This document shows, one piece after another, positions 63,669-64,000 of a stretch of 64,000 bases of DNA. Below the pieces are notes generated by a model that was not told the origin of the DNA, made no database searches, and worked only from the letters and a program-made list of their open reading frames with translations. Origin of the DNA: a virus. Position 1 is the first letter of the stretch. Every line of letters begins with the position of its first letter. Location: the IMG/VR virus record IMGVR_UViG_3300025009_000051, positions 96,001-160,000 of that record. One strand, written 5' to 3'. The translations under genes and the position numbers were made by a program.

Positions 63669-63850
63669 CCCCCTTCAGAGTTAATAAACTTGTATAATTC
63701 AATTAATAATAAAGCTGCTTCTGGTTTGTTAAGAACCATTTTACCTTTTAAATTAATTAAATTATGAATAATTAATTTTTCTTCTCCATTTGGACAATAA
63801 TTACTTATACTGACAATGGGGGCTTCTATATATTTTATTTGCTGACTCAT
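63665..63850 (-). CDS. Hypothetical protein
   Basis: ORF track. Confidence 0.55.
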   Translation of the reverse strand: MSQQIKYIEAPIVSISNYCPNGEEKLIIHNLINLKGKMVLNKPEAALLLIELYKFINSEGG

Positions 63851-64000
63851 ATTTAATATTTTATCGGGTTACTATTTTATCTATATCTTTATTTAAAACA
63901 TTTTTGATAAATTCCCAAGCCTGCATGACATCTCTATCAAAGCAAGTTTCTTTATCTTTAGATTTTAAATATTTTACTGCATTCCTTAAAGCATCCTCAA

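Noticed and set aside
1-64000. Stop-codon reassignment, tRNA genes, CRISPR arrays, introns/inteins
   Set aside because: Long conserved genes are intact in the standard code and end in TAA, TAG or TGA; no tRNA cloverleaf, repeat-spacer array or intein/intron motif was seen by eye

Overview
Very AT-rich 64-kb segment of a large tailed-phage (jumbo-phage-like) genome read with the standard code. It has a T4 gp23-like major capsid protein and acidic scaffold, a holin/amidase lysis block, thyA, NAD-dependent ligase, a single-chain type II topoisomerase, denV, an SNF2 helicase, AAA/protease genes, a Prs+NAMPT pair (NARP1-like NAD+ reconstitution) and several free-standing homing endonucleases. Repeated TTTG-N19/20-TAnnTTTG promoters and lipoprotein signal peptides point to a Bacteroidota host. 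Two further promoter classes recur: TTGTWW-N16-TATAAT and a late-type ATA(T/C)TTAT(A/T). The most striking unexplained structure is a catalytically intact IS200/IS605-type tnpB with no adjacent tnpA (17983-19176, own omegaRNA at 19120-19218). It is accompanied by two dispersed, tnpB-less copies of the ~98-nt omegaRNA scaffold (4780-4877 on +, 51445-51542 on -). These are 96/98 identical to each other and ~83% identical to the tnpB-linked copy, with structure-preserving changes. Each sits directly behind its own promoter and is followed by a different guide-position sequence. A compact omegaRNA of a second family lies in the capsid-operon leader (15216-15290), with a solo end-hairpin relative at 42661-42695. 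A separate ~130-nt structured RNA candidate lies at 34997-35127. No tRNA, rRNA or CRISPR array was seen. All functional calls come from motif recognition by eye; no searches were run.
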